Origin: Chloracidobacterium sp.
Lineage (GTDB): Bacteria > Acidobacteriota > Blastocatellia > Pyrinomonadales > Pyrinomonadaceae
DNA: 63,618 nt
Assembly: GCA_031365905.1 (NCBI GenBank)
Contig: JANLYZ010000187.1
Location: forward strand, 1-63,618
Reading direction: 5' to 3'
Shown here: piece after piece, positions 15,050 through 24,955 of the stretch
Layout of the letters: the number at the start of each line of letters is the position of its first letter
How positions within the stretch are numbered: the stretch's first letter is position 1
The notes under the pieces: model-generated
Told to the model about the DNA's origin: nothing
The model's database searches: none
Seen by the model: the letters and a program-made list of their open reading frames with translations, nothing else
Made by a program: the position numbers and the translations under genes

Positions 15050-16798
15050 TCATCTCGACGACAAAACAAATTCGCCGCCGCATCTCCTCGCGTATTGGTG
15101 ATAAGTTTGCGCCGCCTCGATTGCGTATCGGTAATCCCGCCAGCCTCGTGCATGTATCCAGGTTGCAAGCTGAAACTTTCTCCGATTCAAAATACGATTC
15201 GGAAAATCGATCGCGCGCAGCAACTCAGACGCTTGTGAAATTACATTTTGCATTTGCGACAAGTCTTCCGCTGCCTGGTAGGTCTCGTCCCATTGATAAG
15301 CAAGGTCGGCGAGGATCGGCAATGGACACGGTTCGTGGCCTGGATATGCCTGCCACGGCACGGCCGCGACCGGCTTCGGAAAGTGCGCCAACCACTTGAG
15401 ATAAAACTTATGCCGCAAACACCAATCAAGCGGCGTTGCTACTACTGAGGTCAGAAACGCGCCATCGAAAAATGGCAACTGGAATTCCAGCCGGTGCAGA
15501 TCGATATTCTCAAAGTGGCTGGTAAGCTTGCGCCGCTGATCATTGCACATCAGGAAGAAGTAAAAGTTTCGACCGGCGTCTTCAGAGTGGACTTCACTTA
15601 GTTCGTCACGTATTCCCTGTGCGACAACGTCACGAACGTTCTCGAGTATCTGTGGCTGGAAAAGTTTGAGCGGAACATCTATCTGCTCTCTCTGGACGTA
15701 TGCTTCGATCGCGCGACCGATCTTGCCAGCCCGCATCAAATCCACGATCGATTCATTTAGGTGGACATGACCCAGCAGGACGCTGCCACCCTCACCGGAC
15801 CAAACCAGTCGCGGGCGTTCCGAGCAGCAGTTATCGTGATCGAATCCTCCCAGCGTCTTAGCCATCAGGGACGAATAATCGGGCACACTGTCGCCGCGTT
15901 CCTTGGGGATGCTTTGGTGAATCGATCCAATCTTTGCAGCGAAGTCTTTGCCAAAAAAGTAGTCCTGAGTTCCGGGTCTGGCAAAATTCACTGTGCGCGT
16001 ACGCACGCCGTTGTCGCATAATGCTGCTACCGTGCAACGTGAATCCAGACCACCGCTGAGATAGGCTGCGGTGTCTCTATCATTTCTGATTCTGCGCTTT
16101 GTCGCCGTTTGAAAACGATCGTAGACCCTCGCCAGACAGGCTGGTTCGGGATCTTCCGACACTTCAATTTCATCCCATCGCCAGTAACAACTACGCGCTG
16201 CTCCTTCATTTGTTATCTTTACGATCTCGGCTGACTTCAGCCGCGAGATGTTCGCATATGGAGTGCGATCAGCCAGCGGCGCTCCCAATGCCACGACTTC
16301 GGTCACCGCGCGAAGGTCCATCTTCTTCGGCACGAATGAAAGTTCTTCGAGGATCCGCAACGCGGACGCAAAGACAACCAGGTTTTCGTCCATCCAGAAA
16401 TAAAGCGGTCTGACGCCCAGCTTGTCAGTGGCGAGGACGACTGTTCCGGTTTGCGGTTGATAGTGAACCAGGCAAAAGGTCCCTTCAGCTTCGCGCATCA
16501 CATTCCAATTTCTTGTTAACGCTTCTTTGTGAACGAGCTTGAGATCCTTTATCCGGCTTGATACGTCACGACTGATAAGCAACTCGCCGGCGAGGAGCGT
16601 CAACGCGCCATTTGCGTCTATGAATGAGCCCGGCTCACCAAACGCTCCGATATCGACCTTGGCAAAAAAACTTCGACGATCCCTGAAGGTCTCAATTTCG
16701 TCACTGGGATTGCGAGAGATCGCCCGCCGCAGGCTGGCGCAATCAACCGCGGCCGGCGTTTGATTGTTGCGAGAGAAAATGCCGGCTATCAAGGTCAT
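15050..16798 (-). CDS. Asparagine synthase-like protein lacking the N-terminal Cys nucleophile
   Basis: PP-loop in AAYLSGGLDSRC, and an AsnB-like N-domain that begins MTLIAGIF instead of MCGI. I set the start at the ATG at 16798, which forms an ATGA overlap with the upstream deacetylase stop. The track start at 16870 overlaps that gene. Confidence 0.75.
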   Translation of the reverse strand: MTLIAGIFSRNNQTPAAVDCASLRRAISRNPSDEIETFRDRRSFFAKVDIGAFGEPGSFIDANGALTLLAGELLISRDVSSRIKDLKLVHKEALTRNWNVMREAEGTFCLVHYQPQTGTVVLATDKLGVRPLYFWMDENLVVFASALRILEELSFVPKKMDLRAVTEVVALGAPLADRTPYANISRLKSAEIVKITNEGAARSCYWRWDEIEVSEDPEPACLARVYDRFQTATKRRIRNDRDTAAYLSGGLDSRCTVAALCDNGVRTRTVNFARPGTQDYFFGKDFAAKIGSIHQSIPKERGDSVPDYSSLMAKTLGGFDHDNCCSERPRLVWSGEGGSVLLGHVHLNESIVDLMRAGKIGRAIEAYVQREQIDVPLKLFQPQILENVRDVVAQGIRDELSEVHSEDAGRNFYFFLMCNDQRRKLTSHFENIDLHRLEFQLPFFDGAFLTSVVATPLDWCLRHKFYLKWLAHFPKPVAAVPWQAYPGHEPCPLPILADLAYQWDETYQAAEDLSQMQNVISQASELLRAIDFPNRILNRRKFQLATWIHARGWRDYRYAIEAAQTYHQYARRCGGEFVLSSR

Positions 16799-17853
16799 AA
16801 TGTTCCTCCCGCGTACGTTCGCGCGCCGACTCGACGCTGCGGCAAGGCTGCCGAGACTCCCGTCAGCCAACTCTCAAACTCAATGGGCGACAGGGTGGCG
16901 TTGTCGAGAAATCGCGGCAGCAGCAACTGGTTGCAACTTCGCGAAGCAAATCCTGATTCGCAAGTCGTTGCCGAACTCACTCCCGCTTCCCGCAACCATG
17001 GCAGAAACTGCGGATCGTAAACGCCGCTCGGATAACAGAAATGTTTGGGGTTCGTTCCGCTCATCTCCTGGATGCTCTTGCGGTTGTCTTCGATCTCGCG
17101 GAGAAACAGTTCGCGATCCAAGGGAGTTCGATGACGATGGGTATGCAACTGAATATCGATTCCACCGGCGGCGAGCTTACCGACTTCGTCCGCCGTCAAG
17201 TTGTGCATCGCTCGTTGCTCGAGCAGGGTGTTGTAATCAACATCCAGATGCGCAGCCAGCGAGGCGGCAAGCGCATCCTTCTCGTCGGCGGATAGTTTCT
17301 GCCCGCTTGCGAAGTCGCGGATTTGTGCTAGCGCTGCCTCACGCGAATCAAGTCGTCGTAGATCGGTTTGGAGGTCCTGGCCGGTAAGCTTTTTCAAGTC
17401 CAAAACATTGCTTTGCCCTTTCCAGAGCAGATAAGCACACATCAAATCGAAAACCGGCCGCTGGTAAGAAGAGTAGAACGTCGTCAGATAGAGGGTCACT
17501 GGAACGTCGAATTCTTTGATTAGCGGGAAAGCTCTGCGATAGAAATCGGAAAGCCCGTCATCAAAAGTTATCGCCAGCGCCCGGTCCGGCAGGTCATCAG
17601 CATAGAGGCGCTCCACGGCTTCACCCAAAGGCAACACGGCGCACTTTGATTTCCGCAGCAGTTCAAGCCGATTACGAAAGAAGTCCGCGGAAATGAATTG
17701 CGAACCATTAAAAACGTGCTCATCGGACAGAGCAATACCGTGATAGGCGAGAATCAAAAGTCTCTGCCGGCGCCAACGACTGTTGTGCACCAGCGTTGAT
17801 ACGCCAGCGGACTTAAGAGATTTTAGCGCGGCTTGCTTGAACTTCTTTAGCAT
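16795..17853 (-). CDS. Polysaccharide deacetylase (NodB homology domain)
   Basis: ALAITFDDGLSDFY and IQLHTHRH motifs. Confidence 0.85.
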   Translation of the reverse strand: MLKKFKQAALKSLKSAGVSTLVHNSRWRRQRLLILAYHGIALSDEHVFNGSQFISADFFRNRLELLRKSKCAVLPLGEAVERLYADDLPDRALAITFDDGLSDFYRRAFPLIKEFDVPVTLYLTTFYSSYQRPVFDLMCAYLLWKGQSNVLDLKKLTGQDLQTDLRRLDSREAALAQIRDFASGQKLSADEKDALAASLAAHLDVDYNTLLEQRAMHNLTADEVGKLAAGGIDIQLHTHRHRTPLDRELFLREIEDNRKSIQEMSGTNPKHFCYPSGVYDPQFLPWLREAGVSSATTCESGFASRSCNQLLLPRFLDNATLSPIEFESWLTGVSAALPQRRVGARTYAGGTL

Positions 17854-17862
17854 GGTGGGTGA

Positions 17863-18810
17863 TTACAGCTCGGCTAATTCCGGCCAACTGGACAGCTTGG
17901 CGCGCGGAACGGCCAGAATGTTTAGAAAGCTGGAATTGATTTCGAGTAAGCCTTTCAGTTTGCCGCCCGGTTCAATTTCGAAAAAACGATAGCGAGGCTC
18001 TTCCAAACCGAACAGGAAATCCTTCGCCGTGGAAATCCCCACATCGAAGGCTCGCGAAGCGCACTCGTTGGCCTCGAAGAGAATGACTGGCCCGTCAACT
18101 CGATTCAGTGTTCGGCGCCCGCCCTGAAATACTTGAAGTTCCGATCCCTCAACATCGCATTTTATGAAGTCCGGTTGTGGTAGTGCGTTGCTGTCAATCA
18201 GATCATCGATCCGGCGCTCGCTGCAATTAACTACGTGCGACGGACCATCCTGGTTGAATACCGGAGACGCAACTGTCCAATCGGCAAGACTGGCTACGGT
18301 ATCGTCCGGCGGAACAAACAATGAAGACTCAGCATCCTTGTTCGAAAGCGCGATAGTGTGCAGATAAGCATTACTCAATTGGCCGATGGTGTAAGTAAGC
18401 GCGGGAACGAGTTCGGAGTTTGGCTCAAAGGCGTGTAGCCTGCCGGACGGGCCGACCAACCGCGACAACACAATCGAATGCAGTCCAATGTTAGCGCCAA
18501 TATCAAAAACGACGTCGCCGGCGCGAACGAAGCGCCGCATGACGTCCACCTCGTCCAGTTCTCGCCAGAGTTCCCTGTAGGGCGATTCAATGAGCATCTG
18601 GTGAGCGTTGCCCATTCGCAAATCCACGTAAACCGGAGCCCATCCAGGGATGTCTAAGGGAATACGCTGCAAGGCACTGAAGTTGTGAGCCAGGAGATAC
18701 GTCAAGCGCGTCGAGCCTCTGATGCGGCTGCGCAGATAGAGTCGCACCAGGTTCGCCAACGGACTGAGCCTTGCGCTAGTTGAAGTTTCAAATGTAGCGT
18801 TTGAATTCAT
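17863..18810 (-). CDS. FkbM family methyltransferase
   Basis: VVFDIGANIGLHSIVLSRLVGPSGRLHAFEPN. I moved the start to the ATG at 18810, 5 nt after the flippase stop. The longer track ORF (to 19032) overlaps the flippase gene. Confidence 0.8.
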   Translation of the reverse strand: MNSNATFETSTSARLSPLANLVRLYLRSRIRGSTRLTYLLAHNFSALQRIPLDIPGWAPVYVDLRMGNAHQMLIESPYRELWRELDEVDVMRRFVRAGDVVFDIGANIGLHSIVLSRLVGPSGRLHAFEPNSELVPALTYTIGQLSNAYLHTIALSNKDAESSLFVPPDDTVASLADWTVASPVFNQDGPSHVVNCSERRIDDLIDSNALPQPDFIKCDVEGSELQVFQGGRRTLNRVDGPVILFEANECASRAFDVGISTAKDFLFGLEEPRYRFFEIEPGGKLKGLLEINSSFLNILAVPRAKLSSWPELAEL

Positions 18811-18815
18811 GACTG

Positions 18816-20363
18816 TTACACCACTGAAGCGCTTTCCCTCTTCAGCAGCATCCGAAGCATTGCTTTGAAACTGCGCATTGCTTCTCTGCCCGCGGGTAGC
18901 ACTGCCAGAACCAGGAAAGAGACGCCTACCGTGATAACGAATGCGATGGCCAATCGTGTAGCCAGGTGTGCAAACAGTGTCAGCCACGGGCGACAAAGGA
19001 CGAGCACCGCAAGAGTGCAAACCGCAGCGCATCCGGGTGCCGCGATTGTCCGATAGAAGTCAGCAGTGCGGACTGGGCCACGCCGGCCAACGTACCAGAA
19101 CAGCAGTGGTGTCGCGATACAAAGGTCGGCCACCGCATATGCAGCAGCCACCCCCGTTGCTCCCCAGGGCAGGCCGGCGATGATCGAAACTACGGCCACA
19201 GCGCCGCCAATAACTCCCCACTTCAACAGCTCTCGTCCGCGTCCCTGCGTAGTAAAAAGCCATAAAGCTGATCGGGTGATTGGTTGAATGATCGCAGCGA
19301 GGCCCAACATCATGAAGATGCGTCCGGCGGCGCGCCATTGGGGGCCCAGCATGAACAGCACCAGCCAATCAGATGTCGCGATCATGAACACGACGCCAGG
19401 CATTGTGAGCATGGCGATCTTCTCGAGGATCTTCAGATAAGCAGCGCGATAACGCTCGGGTGTGTCAGCCAGCCGGCTTAACGCCGGAACTGCGACGGCT
19501 GCCAGTGGCGCGTTGATTTGCTGCATCGGCATCAGCAACATTTGATAAGCTCGCGAGTACACGCCGAGTTGATAAGGACCCCAGAACTTTCCGATCAGCG
19601 CGTTATCCAGATTCCGGGAGAAAAAAGCCATCACGTTGAAGCCGGTAAGATTTCCACCGTATGACAACAGCGATCGCAGTCCAATTCGACGCGCGGGCCA
19701 CCCTGGTCGCCAGCGGCAAAGAGTCCAGACTCCAACCACTGTCACCAGTGTCATCACCAGTTGATTCAAGACCAGCGACCAATAGCCGGCGCCGTGCCAG
19801 GCAGCCACAACGGCCGAGACAAAACCAGTCAGGAGAGCGACAACCTCAACGACGACGATCGCGGTAAAGCGCATCTGTCTGCTTAGAATCGCTTCGTGCT
19901 GAATGACGAGCCCGGTAAATAGAATCGTTATTCCATAGCCGGCGGTGATTCCAATCAGGCGAGGCTCTTTGTAAAACCAGGCGAGCAGAGGACCACTGCC
20001 GATCGTGACCAGCATGATCACGACGCTCAGCGCCATGTTTACCCAAAACAACGAGCTGACCTGTACGTGGCTCAGCTCCGACCATTTGACCGTTGCCGTT
20101 GACAGCCCCAGATACTGAAACATGCCGACGAAATTGATCAGGATAGCGACCATCCCAATCAGCCCGTAGTCCTCCGGCGTCAGCAGGCGCGCCAGCACAA
20201 TTGTTGCGACCGTGCTGAAGACAAACTTAAAGCCCTGCGCGGTCATTGTCACCGCGCCGCCGCGAGCTGAGCGTCCGGCCAAATCACCTTGTAAGTGATC
20301 GGTACGGAAGTGATGATTTTGGTCGCGGCTCGACAACTGATCTTTATTTGAAATTCTATTCAC
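18816..20363 (-). CDS. Wzx-like polysaccharide flippase (MOP/PST family)
   Basis: About 14 predicted TM segments, LARLLTPEDYGLIGMV near the N-terminus, typical PST length. GTG start, not verified. Confidence 0.8.
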   Translation of the reverse strand: MNRISNKDQLSSRDQNHHFRTDHLQGDLAGRSARGGAVTMTAQGFKFVFSTVATIVLARLLTPEDYGLIGMVAILINFVGMFQYLGLSTATVKWSELSHVQVSSLFWVNMALSVVIMLVTIGSGPLLAWFYKEPRLIGITAGYGITILFTGLVIQHEAILSRQMRFTAIVVVEVVALLTGFVSAVVAAWHGAGYWSLVLNQLVMTLVTVVGVWTLCRWRPGWPARRIGLRSLLSYGGNLTGFNVMAFFSRNLDNALIGKFWGPYQLGVYSRAYQMLLMPMQQINAPLAAVAVPALSRLADTPERYRAAYLKILEKIAMLTMPGVVFMIATSDWLVLFMLGPQWRAAGRIFMMLGLAAIIQPITRSALWLFTTQGRGRELLKWGVIGGAVAVVSIIAGLPWGATGVAAAYAVADLCIATPLLFWYVGRRGPVRTADFYRTIAAPGCAAVCTLAVLVLCRPWLTLFAHLATRLAIAFVITVGVSFLVLAVLPAGREAMRSFKAMLRMLLKRESASVV

Positions 20364-20804
20364 CCAATTGTAGGAAACGCTTAATAAGGATTAGGTTCGG
20401 GAAGTCGGAAATGAGAGGCGGTTGTGCCGCAAACATTATACAGAAAAAACTTTACAGTGAGGCGCTCATTTACTAGCCAGCGAGAGTAATTGAGTGCGAA
20501 ATTAGCGGTGACTGGCGGTTTCGCACCTGAGAACTGACGAAAATTGTCAGCCACACTCACATGAACTGAGAAAATCAAACAAACGCTGGATTTTCGGTAT
20601 GGTTGCCACTATCATCGATCCTGGTAACGTAAGGTGTTACCTCGCTAATTCCTGGAGTGATTTTGCCAGGCCCGCAAGTTAGCAACTTTAGCTGCCCCGT
20701 TGTTGAGAAACAAAATCCAGCGGTAGACGCAAATCTCTAGAGGCGCTCGCTCTCGCGTCACTCACCTTCGAAAATGTCATGCTCCCATCTCGCCAAGAAT
20801 TCAT

Positions 20805-22985
20805 TTGAAAGTTTCAATCATCATTCCGCTTTATAACAAAGCGCCGTACGTACGGCGGGCGCTCGACTCGATCGCGGCGCAGACGTTTGCGGACTTCGAA
20901 ACGATCGTGGTTGACGACGGCTCAACGGACGATGGTCCCGAGATCGCTGCCGCCTATCCTGACGCCCGTCTTCGCCTGATTCGCCAGGACAACTCTGGAC
21001 CCGGGGCCGCCAGAAACGCGGGTATTGCTCAAGCCCGCGGTGAGTTCCTTGCTTTTCTCGATGCAGATGACGAGTGGCTTCCGAATTATCTCGCGGAAGG
21101 TGTGCGACTACTCGAAAGTTCTGGTCCTGAAGTCGCATCAGTGACTTGTGGCTACATCGAATATCCGTCTGGCGCGTCCACGGAAAACGTTTGGCGCCGG
21201 CGCGGGATCACCGCAGGAGTTCATCGGATCCATCTTGGAACCTCGCCTTCATTGTTCGTGAGCATGCTCGCTTACATGTCGCCATGGTCGACATTGGCCC
21301 GCGCCGAAGTGATTCGCAAATGGGGCGGCTTTTATGATCGAGAGAAATGTCGATACGGGGAGGATGCCACTCTTTGGTTCAAGATTCTGCTGAATGAAAC
21401 GGTTGCTTTCAATTTGCAGCCGCTGGCGTGTTTTCATCGCGAAGCCTCCGGACTCAGTAACAACCTTAACGGTTCGCGACCAATCGAACCGTTCCTGAAA
21501 GACGCAAGCGACATCGAGGCCGCGTGCCCCGCGGAGCTACGCGACCTCGCCAGTCGAGTCATCGCGATTCGTGCGGCCAAGACTGCCTGTGTGCTCGGTT
21601 ACTGGGGACACTGGCGCGAAGCCCGCTCGCTCATGCGGCAATTCACCAGCGCAAAGAATTGGCGACTGCCTTATCACGCGCCCGCTCTGGTTTGCAGCAC
21701 GCCCGTCGGTCCACTCCTTGGTGCGGCATGGCGCGTGGTTAACAACCCACTCGTTTCGGCGCCCGCCCATGCGGTCTCCAGGCGCCCAACTTCAGAATCC
21801 AAGATTAAGATTCTTGCCATCGTTGAAGCAACCACCGTGAACGCGCTCGCCAAGAATGTGCTTGAGTTTCAACGTGTTGCTAGTGAACTTGAGCAACAGT
21901 CAAGCGACTTTCCGGGCATCGAACTCTCTCTGGTGACTTTCGATCGCGCCAGTTCGGGCTCGGAGGCTCGGTCGGACAACGAATTCGTTTCGGCTGCGAG
22001 AGAGTTGGGAGTGGAGATTGATATCGTCCAAGAGCGCAGACGCTTTGACCTGAATGTCATTTCCGCTCTCCGCCAGATCGTGGCCCAGCGTGTACCTGAC
22101 ATCGTCGTGACGCACTCGGTCAAGTCTCATTTTCTTGTGTTGCGCTCGCGGCTGTGGCGCGCGTTCCCGTGGGTAGCTTTCCATCACGGCTACACCTCAA
22201 CCGATCGCAAGATGCGCCTCTACAATCAATTCGATCGCTGGTCGTTGCCAAAAGCTGATCGGGTCATCACTGTGTGCGAAGCCTTCGCCCAGGATTTGGC
22301 TCGCACGAAAGGAGTGGCGCGCGCGCGAGTTTCCGTCAAGCACAATTCGATTCGTCCTCAATCGAGCTCAGTAGCGGAAGAAGCGCGGGCACTCAGAGAG
22401 CAACTCAGAATTGCCGATGACGAACGAATTGTTCTTGCCGTCGGCCGTCTATCTAGAGAAAAGGCTCATGCGGATCTGATTGAAGCTTTCAACCACTTGC
22501 GGGCAACGCATCCGGACCTCAAAGCAAAGTTTGTTATTGTCGGTGATGGACCGGAGCGCGACAACCTGGAGACACTTGCTGCTTCGCTCGGAATCAGCGA
22601 CCGAATCATATTCACCGGACATGAAAGCGATGTGCGGCCCTACTATGAGTTTGCGGATGTGCTGGCAAACAGCTCGCACAGCGAAGGGTCGCCATATGTT
22701 CTGCTCGAAGCGATGTCCATCGGTCTTCCAATTGTCGCGACTGCTGTCGGCGGCGTGCCGGAAATGTTGAAAGATGAAGACAGCGCTTTGCTTGTTCCCG
22801 CGCGCAACAGGAAGGCGATGGCCGCGGCAATCGCGCGTCTGCTCTCTGATGAGAAACTCGCGAAAACATTGTCGAAAAACGCTACCGGGCTTGTCGCCAC
22901 GCGATTCTCGCCGGAGGCCTACGTGAGATCGCTCACTGAAATCTATCGCGAAGTGATTCGGGGTCGCGCCCGGCGTGGGCGCTGA
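20805..22985 (+). CDS. Bifunctional glycosyltransferase: N-terminal GT2 fused to C-terminal GT4
   Basis: N-terminus KVSIIIPLYNKAPYVRRALDSIAAQTFADFETIVVDDGSTDDG plus FLDADD. C-terminus ANSSHSEGSPYVLLEAMSIGLPIVATAVGGVPEML. TTG start. Confidence 0.85.
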   Translation: MKVSIIIPLYNKAPYVRRALDSIAAQTFADFETIVVDDGSTDDGPEIAAAYPDARLRLIRQDNSGPGAARNAGIAQARGEFLAFLDADDEWLPNYLAEGVRLLESSGPEVASVTCGYIEYPSGASTENVWRRRGITAGVHRIHLGTSPSLFVSMLAYMSPWSTLARAEVIRKWGGFYDREKCRYGEDATLWFKILLNETVAFNLQPLACFHREASGLSNNLNGSRPIEPFLKDASDIEAACPAELRDLASRVIAIRAAKTACVLGYWGHWREARSLMRQFTSAKNWRLPYHAPALVCSTPVGPLLGAAWRVVNNPLVSAPAHAVSRRPTSESKIKILAIVEATTVNALAKNVLEFQRVASELEQQSSDFPGIELSLVTFDRASSGSEARSDNEFVSAARELGVEIDIVQERRRFDLNVISALRQIVAQRVPDIVVTHSVKSHFLVLRSRLWRAFPWVAFHHGYTSTDRKMRLYNQFDRWSLPKADRVITVCEAFAQDLARTKGVARARVSVKHNSIRPQSSSVAEEARALREQLRIADDERIVLAVGRLSREKAHADLIEAFNHLRATHPDLKAKFVIVGDGPERDNLETLAASLGISDRIIFTGHESDVRPYYEFADVLANSSHSEGSPYVLLEAMSIGLPIVATAVGGVPEMLKDEDSALLVPARNRKAMAAAIARLLSDEKLAKTLSKNATGLVATRFSPEAYVRSLTEIYREVIRGRARRGR

Positions 22986-24955
22986 GCGGTTGCGGGCCGA
23001 ATAGGAGTCGCGTTCAGGTACGGCGCCGGATCAATCTTCGCGATGAAGAGATCGTAGCGACCACTTTTCTCCCAGTTCGATGTGAATGCAATGAAGCGGC
23101 CGTCGCGGCTGATGGTTGGCTTCGGCGCGGCCCAGTAACCTGTCGTGTTCGTCTTATTGTCGATAGCGGAACGAGTGTGACAGATGCGGCGCAGGCGTTG
23201 ACTGCCATCGAGAGCGACCTGAATTATTTCGTCTTTAAATATTCCGGACCCGGGCAACGTGTTTGCAGTTTCGCTAAAAGTGCCGATTGTGATCCAGTCT
23301 TCATTATCGGCCAGCATCGTGCCGTGAAAATCCTGTGTCCAATCCGCTACTCCGCCGGCCGGCCCTGCACCGGTCCTAAAATAAAAAACCGTCTCCACCT
23401 GATGAATGGCGTCGAGTCGACGTCGAGAGATGCCGTCGTTGAAATTGTCAAAGCCAATGATCGTCCCGTGCCCCAGATCGCCGTGTCCGGCCGGGCGATC
23501 GGTTGCGGTGTTATATAGAAAGTCCACTCTGCCCGTCTGTAAATTCAAAAACCGCGTGCGTGATTTGTCGGGCTGATTTTCATTGAGCGCAATCTGCAAC
23601 CACTTGCCGCTCTTATCTACATGTACTTCGTTGATTCCCCCGACATACTCACTCGCCGGATTGTGAAACAGAGTTTTGTCCGTCGACCGGCGATAAACAA
23701 GATAGGCGAGCGGTTCGCTGCTGCCCGCGCGCATGTGCAGCCAGCAAAAGACGTCGTCGTCGCCCGAAACATACATCTGCTTGAGATAATCCTTGCCTCC
23801 GGAAAGTCCACTAAAACTCTTAATTAGTTTGAAGCCGGCCGCTGTGCCAACCCGCACATCGTACTGGTAAAGCTTCATGCCCCCATCCATGTAGGCCGCA
23901 TGACAGTAGATGATGTTCGGATCGGTGCTGGACCAGGTGGCGCCTTCCCACGAGACGTTGGCGCTGCCGGGCAAGCTGGGTAAGGAATGTTTCGCCCCGA
24001 TCGTAAAAGTCGCGGCGTCAAATTCCTTGATGATTGCGTCGCCGCTTTCGCCTCTGCGAATCAGCAAGCGAGTATTGTTGGCGTTGAAGGTTGGCCAATG
24101 GGAATAGTATGTGCCAAGGCCCGGGGCCGGCCCGTCGGCTTCGTCCGTGGCGCGCATGATCTCCGTGCCGAAGACCGAATCGATGAATTTGCGGCCCGCG
24201 CGCGGCAGCGGCGGCAACGGCGGCTCACGATAAATGCGCCGGTCGGTCTTAATACCGGTAAGATTCTGCGGAGGTGATTCCGGCGGTAATGTGGCAGCGT
24301 TCACTGTTTGCAGGTTGTCGGAGGTCAACGAGTAGTAGGCGAGTTTGAGATATTCACCAGCGACCATCCGCCAGCCTTGCCTATGAAGCCACCAGGTTGC
24401 GGGTAGTGGCGTCTGATCGCCCGGCGAAACTCCGTCAAACGCCACGGCCAGATTGCTGCTTGCAAAGACGCGCGAAAAAATCCAGCGCGCGCGCCGCAAC
24501 TGGTAGGCGGAAGTCACCACCAGAATCGAATGCAACCCGTTCTCTTCAGCGTAGTGACGCACGCGCCACGCCTCGTCACGCGTGTTCGATACGATTTCGG
24601 GAACGACCTCGATCTGGTTTTCGGGAACGCCGAGTTGCTGAAGTTCATTGAACGCGCGCTCAACGAAGAAAGGGTTGCGCTGCTGCTCGGTGGACCAGCC
24701 ACTCAGTTGATTGTCGTTAGTGAGAATAATTCTTGGCGCGAGGCCAGCGCGGAAGTCGGCCGCGGCCTGATGCGTGCGCTCTTTGTAAGTGGAAGAACCG
24801 GCGAGTATTACTAGAGCGTCGGCATGAGCAGATTCAGACTTAACGACCAACATGTCGGCAGCCAGCCAGGCAACCAGCGGCCACGCAATCAGGAAGCAAA
24901 ATGCGGTTCGCCATGGATATCGAAAAAACAATGATCGTTGGCTCTTCACTGTCAC
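22943..24955 (-). CDS. DUF218 (YdcF/SanA/ElyC-like) domain fused to a roughly 450-aa beta-propeller-like domain
   Basis: N-terminus: TM, then ADALVILAGSSTYKERT ... SNTRDEA ... ILVVTSAYQLRRAR. C-terminus ends with a PD40/TolB-like DGRFIAFTSNWEKSGRYDLFIAKI. GTGA overlap with the upstream GT4. Confidence 0.6.
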   Translation of the reverse strand: MTVKSQRSLFFRYPWRTAFCFLIAWPLVAWLAADMLVVKSESAHADALVILAGSSTYKERTHQAAADFRAGLAPRIILTNDNQLSGWSTEQQRNPFFVERAFNELQQLGVPENQIEVVPEIVSNTRDEAWRVRHYAEENGLHSILVVTSAYQLRRARWIFSRVFASSNLAVAFDGVSPGDQTPLPATWWLHRQGWRMVAGEYLKLAYYSLTSDNLQTVNAATLPPESPPQNLTGIKTDRRIYREPPLPPLPRAGRKFIDSVFGTEIMRATDEADGPAPGLGTYYSHWPTFNANNTRLLIRRGESGDAIIKEFDAATFTIGAKHSLPSLPGSANVSWEGATWSSTDPNIIYCHAAYMDGGMKLYQYDVRVGTAAGFKLIKSFSGLSGGKDYLKQMYVSGDDDVFCWLHMRAGSSEPLAYLVYRRSTDKTLFHNPASEYVGGINEVHVDKSGKWLQIALNENQPDKSRTRFLNLQTGRVDFLYNTATDRPAGHGDLGHGTIIGFDNFNDGISRRRLDAIHQVETVFYFRTGAGPAGGVADWTQDFHGTMLADNEDWITIGTFSETANTLPGSGIFKDEIIQVALDGSQRLRRICHTRSAIDNKTNTTGYWAAPKPTISRDGRFIAFTSNWEKSGRYDLFIAKIDPAPYLNATPIRPATAQRPRRARPRITSR

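Noticed and set aside
17863-19032. N-terminal extensions in the ORF track: FkbM to 19032, asnB-like to 47023, AsnB-like to 16870, carbamoyltransferase to 56325, rfbD to 60460, ATPase to 5490, and the export gene to 1933.
   Set aside because: The extensions overlap the upstream gene or a repeat element and encode non-homologous Arg/Cys-rich peptides. Internal starts restore canonical N-termini (MCGI, VSILGISAFYHD, KVLVTGAGG, VYAEFYGF) and give ATGA/TTGA couplings or good RBS spacing.
20364-20804. Possible sigma-54 (TGGCAC-N5-TTGC) promoters or a c-di-GMP riboswitch in this and the other long spacers (11585..11846, 32240..32801).
   Set aside because: The nearest string (ctggcggtttcgcacc near 20510) has the wrong GG/GC spacing. 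I could not find the conserved GEMM-type core (ACGCAAAGC-type segments) in any spacer. Covariance-model scans would be needed to exclude these properly.
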